This document shows, in pieces, positions 8,921 through 20,500 of a stretch of DNA of 64,000 bases. The translations under genes and the position numbers were made by a program. The notes under the pieces were generated by a model. It was not told the DNA's origin and did no database searches. It was given only the letters and a program-made list of their open reading frames with translations. How positions within the stretch are numbered: the stretch's first letter is position 1; every line of letters starts with the position of its first letter. This DNA comes from a virus: IMG/VR virus record IMGVR_UViG_3300005542_000007, positions 32,001 to 96,000 of that record; one strand, 5' to 3'.

Positions 8921-11900
8921 ATGAAAAATTTACTAGCTTCTTGGTTTCGCAATTTAACCGCCTTCGACGAAGGACCTGTTGAACAGTCCTTCAGTATTGT
9001 AGACCCTACTGCGGCTCAAGCAGATGGATTGAACACGGTTATACTTTCTGTGAATCCTTCTGATGAGAATTCTCCTACTATTGTGTCATTAAGGTTTGAC
9101 CCAAGCGGGGTTAAATTATTTGAGAAGAAATATCAGAATGACGCCGAAGCACAAACCGAGATGGCTGCAATGGCTACAGATTTAAATGAAGCTTCTTCTC
9201 TTTCTAAGGCAGGAAAAACCGAGGAGGCCAAGAAATTGGCCGAAGCACTATTTGAAAAATATAAAAGACATTCAGAGCCAGTTGTGAATGAACAGCCAAC
9301 ATCTACAATGACTCAAGCTTCTCAAGACTCTTTACAATATAAGGGTTGGGCCATTCATAAGCGTCCCGAAGGTGACTGGATGGCAGAACACGATGTAATT
9401 AGTTTTCGTGCCGACAGTGTTGATACTTTGAAAGCAAAGATTGATAACGCTACACGCAAAGCTATAGGCCGTAAGCTCAAAGCGGGCATTACAATGCAGA
9501 ATCTGTTTTTTGATACCGTTGATGAGGCTATGGAATTCCAAGAGAAAACAAAAGCTCTCCAAGGTCCAGAAGGTTCTGAGGAAGGCAAGCCATTATGGGA
9601 ACAGATGGGTGCAGGAGAAGAGCAAGTAGCTCCTTCTAATGAAACAGAACCTGAAGAAGATACTGAGCTTGCTCCTCCAAGCTTAAGCTTTGATCGCATT
9701 GAGAAAGATAAAGCTAAAACTGATAAAGACATCGGCAAGCGTATTAAAGAGCAGGTTAAAACTGAAGTGGAATCCGCTTTGGAACAAAAGAGTGCATCCG
9801 TGTTTGGTCCAGACCAAGAAGAGCTTGTTGAAGCTCTTCGTAAGAATGGCCGCAACTGGGATGAAATTAAAAAGATTTTTACGAAAGAACTTTCTTATAA
9901 TGAAGATGACACAACTGTATTTTTAGACAGCATTCGACAGAAGGAAGAGGGCGGTCCCGCAGAAGGATTACCCATGGCTCCCAAGCCACCCGAAGATTTA
10001 GTATCGCCTGAAACCCATGATAAATTGGTTAAAGAGATTGAAGATAAATCTGAACCAAAGCCAGAGCCTTTGCCTTTAGCTGATGAAATCGCTCGTGCAG
10101 ATAATGCTGAAATTAGAAAGGTTGCAGATGTTACAGATTCTAGCCGAGGTCGTAATTGGAAAGTTACTTATTATGATAAGAATGATAAAGTAATTTCTTC
10201 TCATACAATTAAAGATCGCACAGAAGCAGAAGCTTCTAAAGAAGCACAGGGAGATATGCCTTCAGGTTGTGAAGATTGGTCCATGATGCCAGTTAAAAAC
10301 AAAAAGTCTTCACAAGAGAAAGTAGCACTCAACCCACTCCAAGAGCCTCCAGCCGTTGGACAAGCTCCTGGTCAGCCTTTGGCTGCTCCAGTAGAAGAAA
10401 ATCCAACATTTGATTCTCCAGTTCCTCCATCGCAAGACTCTAATCCAGAACCTGAATTTCTAGAAGCACCTCAAGCAGGTGACAGAGTTTATGTTATGGG
10501 AGATTATGAAACTGGTGAAGATGGATACGAAGGAACGATGGTTTCTGATTATACAAGCAAAGGCGATGAGTATGCTGTTATTTCTAAAGATAATGGAGAG
10601 AATGCAGAAGTTGCTTTGCATCGTGTTGTAAAGGCTTCCCAGAAGAAAGTAGCTCAGGTTTATTATGAAAAAGTAGCTTCTGAAATTTATTGTAAAAATC
10701 CCGATTGTAAACGCAAAGCTACAGTTCGTAGGCCGGATGGAAATTGGTGTGAAAAACATGCTCCCACCTATGAGAAGAAAGCTGCTAAAACATGCCCTAA
10801 TTGCGGAAAAGAAATTTGGGATGTTTCAACTGTAGATCAGCGTTTAAATAAATGCTGGAATTGTGGCATACGTTTTGATAATCCAGAGGAAGAATCAATT
10901 GAATCAGAAGCCGATCTAGAAGTTGAAGGTAAAGGCAACGAAGATGTAATTAGAATGTTCATTTCAGATTCTTTCCCAAAGGATAAGATGCCTGTTTGGG
11001 GAACAAACAATCTTAAAATTACTAAATACCCCAATGGTTGGGCTTTGGTTAATTATCAAACGCCCATTCTTTATAGAGGCAATGACAATCCCGATGTAAT
11101 TGTATTTAATGCACATAAGTATTCAGTTACTACAAGTAAGATTCAGACTCAGATTCGACGTATGTTTACTGGACAGTCTGTTAAAGAAACAGACGAATCT
11201 GGAATCTATGCCGCAATCGACCAGTCTAATTTAGCCGTTCCAGAACCAGAGTTTACTACAGAGCTTAAAAATGCCAGTTTAGCCGGACAGGATAGAATTG
11301 TAACAATGGTTTCTCAAATTATGGGTAGAGAAAAGAATCTCAATCAAGAAACCGTAGCCGATCTCGGTTATATAAAAATGTACGCGGAAGATGAACTTAA
11401 AACCACTTATGGTACTGATCTTCAATCTCTTCATGAATCTGCTTTAAAATTACAGGCTGAATTGGAACATGAAGGTGAAATTGCTATTTATTTTCATAAA
11501 GAAGGGATTGAAAAGAAAGCCGATATTTATGATGATTCTGCATTTGAAGCCAACGGATGGTGCAGGGTTTGGATTCAAGAACTTGCCATTACCTCAGATG
11601 CAAAATATCCAGAAATTTTAAAAATAGCTGATGAAAATGCTCGTATTACAGCTTTGAAAGAATTTGCAAGAGAGTTAGCTCACGAGGCATTGAGAGATGC
11701 TGATAGTGCTGCTAGTAAGGTTGGAGTACAATCTTGGTTTGAATCCTTGCAACCTTCCAACCATGATAGGATTGATTGGGTTTCTTTGGCTAACCCAACA
11801 CAAGAGAATGTGGAATCTTCTCTTAAAACAGCAGCCGATTCAGTTCCAGAAGTATCTAAAGAAGTTCCCACACAATTTAAAAATTTAGAAAGAGCCCCCG

Positions 11901-12454
11901 CTAAAACAGAGCGTGAGAAAGCTCAACCCGCTACCGAAGAACAAGCTAAGTTGGTTCAGGAAATGCAGAGTTCTTTAAGCAGCCTTGAATCTATCAAATC
12001 AATGGTAGCTCAAGCTAAAGCCAAATTAAATGAAGAAATTAAAAATATCGAACAGTCAGGTGGAAGAGTTAACCTTGAAGCAGGACTTAAAGAAAAAATG
12101 GAACGTCTTGCCAAGCTCGTCGAAGCTACAGAAAACCAGATGATTAATGCTGGAGATACCGTAGTTCGTTTAGTGCAAGAAACCAAAGAGAAACCTTTTA
12201 AACCCTCAGATGCTTGGAAGGTACAGAAGCTTGTTGAGAAATTCGCAGGTGCCCAGGAGTATCTAGATAAGGCAATTGCTGGTGCTCAGAGTTTGGCCAC
12301 AACCGAACAAGTTAGGGACTTGGTATTCTTTCCTCGCAAAGTAAGTAAACTTCACAAATCGGCTGGATTTGTAGAAACCCTTGACGCTGTATATAACGAT
12401 GTTCTTGAAGCACTAAAACTTATTATTGGAAGTGACGAACCAGCGGTGGCGTAA
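8921..12454 (+). CDS. Large acidic multidomain protein, putative internal head/core polyprotein
   Basis: 1177 aa with about a dozen K-x-A/S linkers (KSAS, KVAD, VKAS, KVAQ, KVAS, KKAA, KNAS, KKAD, KTAA, KSAG), two small Zn-finger segments, C-terminal coiled coil. Confidence 0.65.
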   Translation: MKNLLASWFRNLTAFDEGPVEQSFSIVDPTAAQADGLNTVILSVNPSDENSPTIVSLRFDPSGVKLFEKKYQNDAEAQTEMAAMATDLNEASSLSKAGKTEEAKKLAEALFEKYKRHSEPVVNEQPTSTMTQASQDSLQYKGWAIHKRPEGDWMAEHDVISFRADSVDTLKAKIDNATRKAIGRKLKAGITMQNLFFDTVDEAMEFQEKTKALQGPEGSEEGKPLWEQMGAGEEQVAPSNETEPEEDTELAPPSLSFDRIEKDKAKTDKDIGKRIKEQVKTEVESALEQKSASVFGPDQEELVEALRKNGRNWDEIKKIFTKELSYNEDDTTVFLDSIRQKEEGGPAEGLPMAPKPPEDLVSPETHDKLVKEIEDKSEPKPEPLPLADEIARADNAEIRKVADVTDSSRGRNWKVTYYDKNDKVISSHTIKDRTEAEASKEAQGDMPSGCEDWSMMPVKNKKSSQEKVALNPLQEPPAVGQAPGQPLAAPVEENPTFDSPVPPSQDSNPEPEFLEAPQAGDRVYVMGDYETGEDGYEGTMVSDYTSKGDEYAVISKDNGENAEVALHRVVKASQKKVAQVYYEKVASEIYCKNPDCKRKATVRRPDGNWCEKHAPTYEKKAAKTCPNCGKEIWDVSTVDQRLNKCWNCGIRFDNPEEESIESEADLEVEGKGNEDVIRMFISDSFPKDKMPVWGTNNLKITKYPNGWALVNYQTPILYRGNDNPDVIVFNAHKYSVTTSKIQTQIRRMFTGQSVKETDESGIYAAIDQSNLAVPEPEFTTELKNASLAGQDRIVTMVSQIMGREKNLNQETVADLGYIKMYAEDELKTTYGTDLQSLHESALKLQAELEHEGEIAIYFHKEGIEKKADIYDDSAFEANGWCRVWIQELAITSDAKYPEILKIADENARITALKEFARELAHEALRDADSAASKVGVQSWFESLQPSNHDRIDWVSLANPTQENVESSLKTAADSVPEVSKEVPTQFKNLERAPAKTEREKAQPATEEQAKLVQEMQSSLSSLESIKSMVAQAKAKLNEEIKNIEQSGGRVNLEAGLKEKMERLAKLVEATENQMINAGDTVVRLVQETKEKPFKPSDAWKVQKLVEKFAGAQEYLDKAIAGAQSLATTEQVRDLVFFPRKVSKLHKSAGFVETLDAVYNDVLEALKLIIGSDEPAVA

Positions 12455-12456
12455 CT

Positions 12457-12711
12457 GTGGACACATTATTAGAATTGCTCGGAAGTATTAAAGTAATCGG
12501 GCCCATAGGAGTTATTGCTCTTATAGAGATGTGGGCCATCTACTCTTTGTTCAATCGTCTACAGGACCTTCAAGACAAAAGACTGCAAGACTATGAAAAA
12601 ATGAAGGACGAGTACACGCAGCTATCGCAGGATATTAATCGCACTTTAGACACTGTTTTAAAAGTTATGGGCAAAAAAAATGGTAACGGGAATGGTACTA
12701 CAAATGGATAA
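12457..12711 (+). CDS. Small membrane protein (single TM + coiled coil)
   Basis: GTG start; hydrophobic IGPIGVIALIEMWAIYSLF followed by heptad pattern. Confidence 0.55.
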   Translation: MDTLLELLGSIKVIGPIGVIALIEMWAIYSLFNRLQDLQDKRLQDYEKMKDEYTQLSQDINRTLDTVLKVMGKKNGNGNGTTNG

Positions 12712-12850
12712 AAATGAATTGCTCGTAGGTAAAATTAAAGAACAAATTTCTCTAGCTGGTGTACAGGTAAAGCAACGAATGCAAAAGATTCAGCTAGAAC
12801 TATTGGAAGAACTGAACAATGAGAACGGAAACGGGGTTGATTTGCATTAA
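12704..12850 (+). CDS. Hypothetical 48-aa protein (not in ORF track)
   Basis: MDKNELLVGKIKEQISL...; overlaps upstream stop, fills the gap. Confidence 0.45.
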   Translation: MDKNELLVGKIKEQISLAGVQVKQRMQKIQLELLEELNNENGNGVDLH

Positions 12851-12983
12851 TTGTGGTAATGAGTATTGGCACGTCTTATACGATTTTCATATGGGACATG
12901 GCGATGAAGAAACTCATTTGGAATTATTACGCTGCATGGATTGTGGCGTCATAAGAACAGAAAGATTTGAAACGATAAGGTAA
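12819..12983 (+). CDS. 54-aa zinc-ribbon protein (not in ORF track)
   Basis: MRTETGLICINCG...RCMDCG; ends 8 nt before terminase start. Confidence 0.55.
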   Translation: MRTETGLICINCGNEYWHVLYDFHMGHGDEETHLELLRCMDCGVIRTERFETIR

Positions 12984-12991
12984 AAAACTAC

Positions 12992-14620
12992 ATGTATGAT
13001 TTCTCTACTTTAGTTTCGTCCAATTATGACGAAGCCAAAATCACCAATTTATCTAAAGCTGCCTATGACCCTAGCTTTTGGGCTTTACAAAATTTGGGTG
13101 TAGACCTTTACGACAACCAAGTGGATATCATTGAAGCTTCCTGTGATATCGGTGTTAAATATCTGGCTATCCTTTGTGCTCGTGGTACTGGGAAGTCTCA
13201 CGCAGTAGCGGTGGCTATCGTTAAACTTTGTTTGGATTATCCAGGTCTTGCCGTAGGTATATTTGCCCCAAAAGAAGAACAGGCCAATCGCATTATTAAA
13301 GAAGAACTTATTGGGCACCTCCTTCTTCCATCCTCTCCTTGTTACAATTTTATTGACTGGAGCAACACGTCCCATTCCCACGTTCGTTTTAAGAATGGGT
13401 CAGACGTTTTAGCTCTTTCAGCTTCAGAACAAAGTCAGCAGGAAGGATATCACTTTTCAGTTGTAATTGTAGACGAAGCCCATGCCGTAAGCGACGCAAG
13501 TATTGCTACTCGTATTTCAGGAATGCTTGGGTCGTTTAAAATCTCTAAGCTCATTAAACTTGGAGTGGCAGTGGGCAGAAACCATTTTTGGAAAAGCTGT
13601 GCCGCTCCTAATACCGCTTTCAAAGTTATCGTAAAAGATTGGACACAGTGCCCAATTCTTCTTAATCAGGGTTCTCTCACTTATCAGGGAATGGAACTTC
13701 CAAAAGAAGTAATTGATAAGATGCCCATCACTTTGAAAAAGCAATATTTTCCTGATAGGCCTGACCTTCATTATGATTCTGTTGTAGGCATGACGGAATT
13801 GGATTTTAATTCCCACTATGCGATGATTTGGGAAAATGATGCCAATTTGGTTCTTAATGAAGAGAATCAAATTAGATTGGTTTCTGGAGATTTTGAACCA
13901 CTTGAGAGAGCTAATAAAGCAAGGATGGATAAGTACTTCTTTGGACTTGATACAGCATCGGGCTCAATCCTTCCAGGTAGGAAGGACCGAGATTTTAACA
14001 ACTTGGCTATTTGGCGTAAGACCCACGATAATATCTGTCAGAAAGTGGCTGTGTTTGAGTGGCAGGATGTTCCACCTTCAGATTTGATGGAAGATATAAA
14101 AGCAATCATTCATCCAGAAACTGGTTTGTTCCCTTGCGTATTTGGACTGGCCGACTTCAGTAATATTGCGATTAGTATGGTGGATTTTTTTAAGAAAGAG
14201 AAGATTCCAATAGACGGAATCCAGTACCAAGCTACTGAACCAACAACTCATAAAAATTATAAAAACGCGATGTTCGATCAGTTTGTATTTGAACTTGAAT
14301 GTGGAAGGGTGCAATATCCGAAGCTTGAGAAATTTCAGCAGGATAGAGTTTTCAATAAATCCTACCAGGAATGGTGTTTTATTGAGAGGCATCAGAAGCA
14401 AGGAATCAATGCAATTATTGAAGCGCCCTCTGCGGATTTTCACGATGATGCTCCTAACGCAGATGTTCTCGCAGTGTGGGCGGCAACACGAGTAGAAAAT
14501 TACCAAGGAACTTTTGCAACTCGTCCAATGATACAACCTTTGAGCGGTCCTGGTTCTATAGCGTCCCGAGGAATCCCAAATCCCGCAGACACCACTTTGA
14601 AAAGTAGGTTTTTGAAATGA
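12992..14620 (+). CDS. terL: Terminase large subunit
   Basis: Walker A ARGTGKS, Walker B VVIVDEAH, RNase H-like FFGLDTA and HDDAPNAD; immediately upstream of portal. Confidence 0.93.
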   Translation: MYDFSTLVSSNYDEAKITNLSKAAYDPSFWALQNLGVDLYDNQVDIIEASCDIGVKYLAILCARGTGKSHAVAVAIVKLCLDYPGLAVGIFAPKEEQANRIIKEELIGHLLLPSSPCYNFIDWSNTSHSHVRFKNGSDVLALSASEQSQQEGYHFSVVIVDEAHAVSDASIATRISGMLGSFKISKLIKLGVAVGRNHFWKSCAAPNTAFKVIVKDWTQCPILLNQGSLTYQGMELPKEVIDKMPITLKKQYFPDRPDLHYDSVVGMTELDFNSHYAMIWENDANLVLNEENQIRLVSGDFEPLERANKARMDKYFFGLDTASGSILPGRKDRDFNNLAIWRKTHDNICQKVAVFEWQDVPPSDLMEDIKAIIHPETGLFPCVFGLADFSNIAISMVDFFKKEKIPIDGIQYQATEPTTHKNYKNAMFDQFVFELECGRVQYPKLEKFQQDRVFNKSYQEWCFIERHQKQGINAIIEAPSADFHDDAPNADVLAVWAATRVENYQGTFATRPMIQPLSGPGSIASRGIPNPADTTLKSRFLK

Positions 14621-14841
14621 GAAAAGAACGAGCATTGAGCGAATCAAAAAACTATCTAATTTCTGTACATGATACTCTTCGAAAAGTTTTTAGAGATGCT
14701 GCTCCAGAGGAACAAGTATTTATTACTGCTGCTTTAGAAGGCATAGAGAAAGATGTAAAACAATTAGAAATGTTAGAGGATATGATGAAGGTTTGGAAGG
14801 CAACTAAAGGAAAGAATCTAGAAACGATAACAGAGGAATAA
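14617..14841 (+). CDS. Hypothetical protein
   Basis: ATGA overlap with terL stop; 74 aa helical. Confidence 0.6.
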   Translation: MRKERALSESKNYLISVHDTLRKVFRDAAPEEQVFITAALEGIEKDVKQLEMLEDMMKVWKATKGKNLETITEE

Positions 14842-14845
14842 AATT

Positions 14846-16567
14846 ATGGGACGACCCAAGGGCTCAAAAAATATTACTAAAAGCGCTGAACAAGTAAAAG
14901 CACCCGTATCTATTGTTACAGGTGAAGGAATTACTGGCTCCACCACTTCTTTTGGTGTAGATGCAGGATTGATGAAAATTGGTTCTTTGAATAAGCAAGC
15001 CAATTATGGTGTATCACAAACTTCTTCATTTTTCTACAGTCCAGAATTAACCACAGAATCATGGCTCCTTCCTAAGTCCCGCCAAGAAACTTGCCGCTGG
15101 GCTCGTGTATTCTACAATTTAAATCCTATTGTGCATAGCGTTATTAACATGCATTCGAAGTATCCTTTTTCCAAATTTGAGCTTGTTTGTGGAGACCCAA
15201 CGGTAAAACAATTTTACGAGCAAATGTCATTTAATAAAAATTTCAATTTGTACGATTTTATGTTACAAGCTTCCCTTTCCTACGAAAAATTTGGTGAGGC
15301 CCTTTGCTTTGGTACGATGGAGAAAAAGGGTGACAAGGTTCAATGGACCAAGTTCGTTCTTCTTGAGCCAGAACTCATTGATGTAAAGTCGGATATGATG
15401 AGCGGAAAGCAAACCTTTGAGATGGTTCCAACATCTGAACTCAAACAACTTGTTACTTCCACTCGTCCTGAAGATTCTGAGGCTCAAAAGCAACTGGAAG
15501 AGTGGTCCCCAGAAATTGTAAAAGCCATTAAGGAAAATAGAAACATTCGTCTTTCAGATGAAAATGTTTCTATTATTGCAAATCTTACTGATCCTTCAGC
15601 CACTCGTGGGACAAGTCGTATTCAGTGTCTATTTAAAGATTTGATTCTAAATGACTTCATTCGTTTGGCGCAGATGGCGTATGCTCAACGTTATGTATTT
15701 CCAGTTGAAATGTGGTCCATTGGAGATATTGCAAACAACATCATTCCAAGCACGACCGATTTACAGAACTGGAAACAGCTTATCAATCAGTCTATTCAAC
15801 AGCCTCCATTTTCACTTGTTACACCTCCATATGTTAAGTATGAAGCTTTGAGTACAGCAGGAAAAACATTCCCGGTAAACACAGAATGGTATGAGTATAC
15901 GCTCAGCCAATTGATGATTGGGTTAGGTGTAAACAAGAATTTGATGACTGGTGATGGACCTTCATTCAGTGCAGGACTTAAAGGAATGTCCCTTCACCGT
16001 TTAATGATGGAATATAAAGCGGTTAGAGACAAATTTGAAGATTGGATTATTCATAAATTCTTTGAACCAATCGCAGAAAAGAACCAATTTTATACAGTTG
16101 AAAATGGAATGAAGAAGCTTATTCTTCCAGAACTTTCTTGGAAGAAATCCCTCGACATTGAAGATGCTGAAGCAGAACGCGAAATGTTCGTAAAAATGTG
16201 GGAAGCCGGAGTTATCAGCACGGAAACTCTCTTCACGAAATTCCCCACTCTTGACTTCAAGACGGAACAGAAGAAATTGGAACTTGAGCGTGGAACTATT
16301 TTTGATAAGGGTGATGGTGCTAGGTTGCCTGAGAAAATTCACAAGTCAGTTGTTAAGCCAGGAGGCGATACTGGATTTGGTGGAAAAGGCGGTGGCGGAG
16401 CAGCCCCAGGCGCTGTGAAACCAATAAAGCCAGTAAAACCCACCAAACCTGGAGAAGTTCCTGAAGGTGGAGAGCCAGCAGCCCCAGGCGCACCTGAAGG
16501 TGCTGCCCCAGCAGGTGGTGAAGCTCCAGCAGCAGCCGTTACACCAGCAACACCGACAGTGGAGTAA
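14846..16567 (+). CDS. Portal protein
   Basis: Synteny after terL; R.FY..NPIV..VI...SKYP, YEKFGEA, RGTSRI motifs; Gly/Pro/Ala-rich disordered C-tail. Confidence 0.88.
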   Translation: MGRPKGSKNITKSAEQVKAPVSIVTGEGITGSTTSFGVDAGLMKIGSLNKQANYGVSQTSSFFYSPELTTESWLLPKSRQETCRWARVFYNLNPIVHSVINMHSKYPFSKFELVCGDPTVKQFYEQMSFNKNFNLYDFMLQASLSYEKFGEALCFGTMEKKGDKVQWTKFVLLEPELIDVKSDMMSGKQTFEMVPTSELKQLVTSTRPEDSEAQKQLEEWSPEIVKAIKENRNIRLSDENVSIIANLTDPSATRGTSRIQCLFKDLILNDFIRLAQMAYAQRYVFPVEMWSIGDIANNIIPSTTDLQNWKQLINQSIQQPPFSLVTPPYVKYEALSTAGKTFPVNTEWYEYTLSQLMIGLGVNKNLMTGDGPSFSAGLKGMSLHRLMMEYKAVRDKFEDWIIHKFFEPIAEKNQFYTVENGMKKLILPELSWKKSLDIEDAEAEREMFVKMWEAGVISTETLFTKFPTLDFKTEQKKLELERGTIFDKGDGARLPEKIHKSVVKPGGDTGFGGKGGGGAAPGAVKPIKPVKPTKPGEVPEGGEPAAPGAPEGAAPAGGEAPAAAVTPATPTVE

Positions 16568-16569
16568 AC

Positions 16570-16812
16570 ATGGCACTCAATAAAACAGGCAGTCCAACCA
16601 AACTTACAGTTTTAAAGCAGAGCGCATTTGAGGTGGATTTAAACGTTCTAGCAAGTGTAATTTCTGACAAATACCCAGAAAAGAAACTCTCTATAAACGA
16701 TCTTCACGAAGTTCTTAAAACGCTTGGAGTTACTGATTACAAAGCCGAGGATATGCAGGAACTTGCTGGAAGGTTACATGCAGTAGGAATTACTGTTATA
16801 GGAAACGTCTAA
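16570..16812 (+). CDS. Hypothetical head-module protein
   Basis: GGAG RBS; N-terminus MALNKTG resembles protease N-terminus MALTKRG. Confidence 0.6.
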   Translation: MALNKTGSPTKLTVLKQSAFEVDLNVLASVISDKYPEKKLSINDLHEVLKTLGVTDYKAEDMQELAGRLHAVGITVIGNV

Positions 16813-16815
16813 AAC

Positions 16816-16851
16816 CCCTTAAAAATATAATAAATTGTGGTATTATTAGGG
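16816..16851 (+). promoter_or_regulatory. Conserved 36-bp intergenic element, copy 2
   Basis: CCCTTAAAAATATAATAAATTGTGGTATTATTAGGG, identical to copy at 44420. Confidence 0.7.
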
Positions 16852-16904
16852 GATATTGTCCCTAGGTAATTTTAAAACAAAGGAAAGAATAGATAGGAGA
16901 ATTT

Positions 16905-17168
16905 ATGCCAAACGAGAAACCAAGAAAAGAGATAAATTTCATCACTATTGATGAACATGGAAATGAGCATTTGAATCTGCATATTTTTATTGAAAGCTTG
17001 CTTACATTATCAATGGGCACAGCCCTAGATATGGGACGTTTGGCTATTCAGCACAAAGAAGCATTTGAACAATTTCAGCGAACTGTGAAAGACGATTCAT
17101 ACGACCGTATTGAATTTGCACACAAAATTTTAAAGAAGTATGGTTACGAAGACAACACTAGGATTTAA
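16905..17168 (+). CDS. Hypothetical protein
   Basis: AGGAG RBS, 87 aa. Confidence 0.6.
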   Translation: MPNEKPRKEINFITIDEHGNEHLNLHIFIESLLTLSMGTALDMGRLAIQHKEAFEQFQRTVKDDSYDRIEFAHKILKKYGYEDNTRI

Positions 17169-17171
17169 AAA

Positions 17172-17507
17172 ATGCAAGAAAGCAACGAGTGGTCAGCAAA
17201 CTTAGCTGAGAAGCACAGCATTTCGAAAATTGCTGTTGCAACAGAAGTGAGTTTGCCAACCTTCCAAAGATTATTGGGAGATGGATACACAATTGCTATT
17301 TGGAAAACTATTAATCCAGTGCCCTGTATGCGTTGTCAGGATTTAGAAGCACAACAATTTAACTTTGCTGATTTTGTAAACAGTACGACGCACGATGCCC
17401 CGATCTTCTCCAAATCTCATCCGAACTGCCGTTGTGTCATTATTTGTACCGGAGATGGGCTACCTACTCTTCAAATCGATTTTACAGGAAATCCTTCAGA
17501 GGCTTAA
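17172..17507 (+). CDS. Minimal MuF-like head morphogenesis protein
   Basis: C..C..L plus HPNCRC signature of the Mu gpF/SPP1 gp7 family; located between portal and protease. Confidence 0.7.
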   Translation: MQESNEWSANLAEKHSISKIAVATEVSLPTFQRLLGDGYTIAIWKTINPVPCMRCQDLEAQQFNFADFVNSTTHDAPIFSKSHPNCRCVIICTGDGLPTLQIDFTGNPSEA

Positions 17508-17510
17508 TTT

Positions 17511-20500
17511 ATGGCATTGACAAAACGTGGAACCATTTTAAGGATTACTAAGACTGCTGCATCTGCAACGGAGCTTCTTATTGACCGCCCTCTAATAGAA
17601 GAGACAAAAGTGGTTGAGGGAAAAAATCCTGAGTTTCTATACTTTGTTGCCAAAGCAATTGCAGCAGGGGATGAAGGTCCGATTGATAAAAATGGTTCTA
17701 GAGAGCCTAACTACAACGGAAATGCCGACTACTTCCCTAAGAAAGAAATTGAAGGCGCATATCAAACATTTATTGGCAAAGGTATTTACCTCGACCACAA
17801 CGCATCCAGCGTTATGTATTCTGTTGGTAAGATTATCGATGCTTTTCCCACGGTAGACCCAGATAATAAAGAGTGGAGCATTTCTTGTCTCGCCAAGATT
17901 GATAGAAAGCTCCATCCAGAAATTGCTCGTAAAGTAGAGACGGGTGAACTAAACACCGTTTCTATGGGTTGTTCTTGCGGTGAATCAAAGTGTTCTGTTT
18001 GTGGAACAGTCCTTAGAACTGACGATGATCCAAAATGCGCTCACCTTTCTCCTGGGAAATTGATGCATGATTTTGAAGCAGAGATTGACCTTCCAGAGTT
18101 TGGAATTCATAAGGGGCAGACCGTAAAGAGTTTTGCTATTAACTCTGAAATTAATTTTAATGAGCTTTCGCTTGTCGGCGTTCCTGCATGGCCACGAGCA
18201 TTTGTCACAACAATTTTAAGTAATCTTAAGAATACAATTAGTAAACAAGCTTCTCTTACGAAAGAGGAGCAACTCGATTTAGTAGCGCAGTTTGAAAAGC
18301 TTGTGGACACTTTAGATGCGAACACAAAAGAACAGGTCAAAGCCGAATTTTGCGGTTGCCCAATTGTTAAGGAGAACAACATGTCCGATACCCCCCAGAA
18401 ACAATCGAACGACGAAGTAACAGATTTATTGAAGAAAGTGAGTGCTTATGAGATGGAGAAGCTTGAGAATTATATCCAACATAAGACACGCAAAGCAGAA
18501 GCGACCGCTGCTGCTGATACAAAGACCAATGATTCCAATTGGATGAACGGCATCCTTGAGAAAGCAAAAAATACGGCTGCTGGGAAGGTATTTGCAAGAA
18601 CGATTCAGCGATTGGCTGAAGAGGAAAAAGTAACAAAAAAGGCAGATACCGATCCTGATAAATGTGCAATTTGTGAAAAAAAGCTTGGCGACAATGATGA
18701 TTATATATGTGCCAAATGCAAAGTTGAAGATGAAAAGAAAGATAAAAAATCATCCCTCACAGCTACATTTACAGTAAACAAAGCAGAACCAATGAAATCT
18801 TCTTGGACTCTCCTAGACGGTAATGACAAAGTTATTTTAGATGCTTCACTCCATGAGATTTGGGGAGACCAGTTTGAAGCAAATCAAGATTTTGCAATCA
18901 GTGAAGAATATGGCAGAGCAATTGCCGCACGATTTTTAGATCCTAAACTTGGAGGCGTTGAGAAACTTGCCGACCTTTGGGATGTTTCTTATAAATTAAA
19001 TAAAGAGGCTATTATGGACAAAACATCCGAACACGGCGAATTTTTCAAAGCTAAAGATTTCTTTGTACCTGGAAGTGATTCTTCTAATAAATACACTCCA
19101 GAGGAGATTAAACATATGCAAGAAAAAGAACACACAGAAGCGAAGGGTAAAAAGGTTGAGGCTGGGCATATTGACGAAAAATTTGATATTACGGAAGGTA
19201 AGGGCAAACTCTTTGATGCAAAGAATTTCTTTGAGCCCGGATCAGATTCCTCAAATAAGTGGAATGATAAACGAGTTAAAATTGAATACAATATTAAGTT
19301 CCCTGGGCAAGAGGAAGGTCAAAAAGGTCCAGCCGCTCCCAAGAGCAAAGATGTAAAGACAGAATACAATATTCCAGGTAAGGCTCCAGAGGCTGGTCAA
19401 AAAGGCCCTGCGGCCCCTAAGCACGAAGATGTTAAAACAACCTATGATTTTAAAAAGCCAGAAGGCGAGTTCGTTAATACAAATAAGAAAACCAAACTTG
19501 ACGAAGAACATGCTAAGTCGGAAGAGAAAGTCAAAACTGGTTACAAAGGCGATTTGATGTATGATGAAGAGAAAAAGTCCGAGAAAAAGGCTGCTAAAAC
19601 TGTAGGGGACGCTCCCGAAGGCGCAGTGGCAGAAAGCCAATATCCCAAGAAAGATGCCAAAACTTCTGGTGATGAACCAGATTCTTCTTATAATAAAACA
19701 GCAAAAACCGTTGGCGATGCTCCTGAAGGTTCTGTTGAAGAGAGCCAATATCCAAAAGCCTCCGAACCAAATAAAGATCCCGAAGCTTCAGTTGCTGAAA
19801 ACAATATGCCAAAGGGCACACCAAATCTAACAAAAACACCTGATAGTTCAGTTCAGGAAAAGATGCCAGCACCCGCTAAATCGGATAAAGATCCTGAAAC
19901 ATCCGTAAAGGATACAGAATTTAAAAAGCATCCAGACCTCACAAGTAAGCCTGAAACTTCTTCTAAGGAAGACCAGTATCCTACTCCAGCCAATCCAGAT
20001 AAGGACCCAGATTCTTCAGTACAAAAAGGTTCTAATCTTAAAGTTGCCAAAACCCCGGAAGGTTGGGAACATGCTGTTCGTGAAATGAAGAAAGAAAAGG
20101 ATATTGATAATCCTTGGGCAGTGGCGAACTGGATGAAAAATAAAGGTTATACGCCTCATAAGAAATCTGAGCTTGATTTGAAAGCCGATTCTGAGATGTG
20201 TGAGAAATGTTCCATGCCGCTACATGAATGTGCTTGCATGGCCGCTCAGGAAGACATGGGCCCAGCAATGGATGCTCCCAAGCCGGAAGTTGGCTCAGCT
20301 TTTGACAAGGTTGAAGACAAACTTACTATTGGTGATGGGTACGATGCTTCTAAGGACAAAGAAACCAAAGAGATAGTTATTTCCAAAGATGGCAAGGAAA
20401 TGAAGCGTCTTCCAGATGGTTTTGGTGCTGATGTTGCTTCTGTTACAAGTCTTCTAAAAGCCGTTCTTGGTCTTCCTGCAACGGAAGAGAAAAAAGATGA

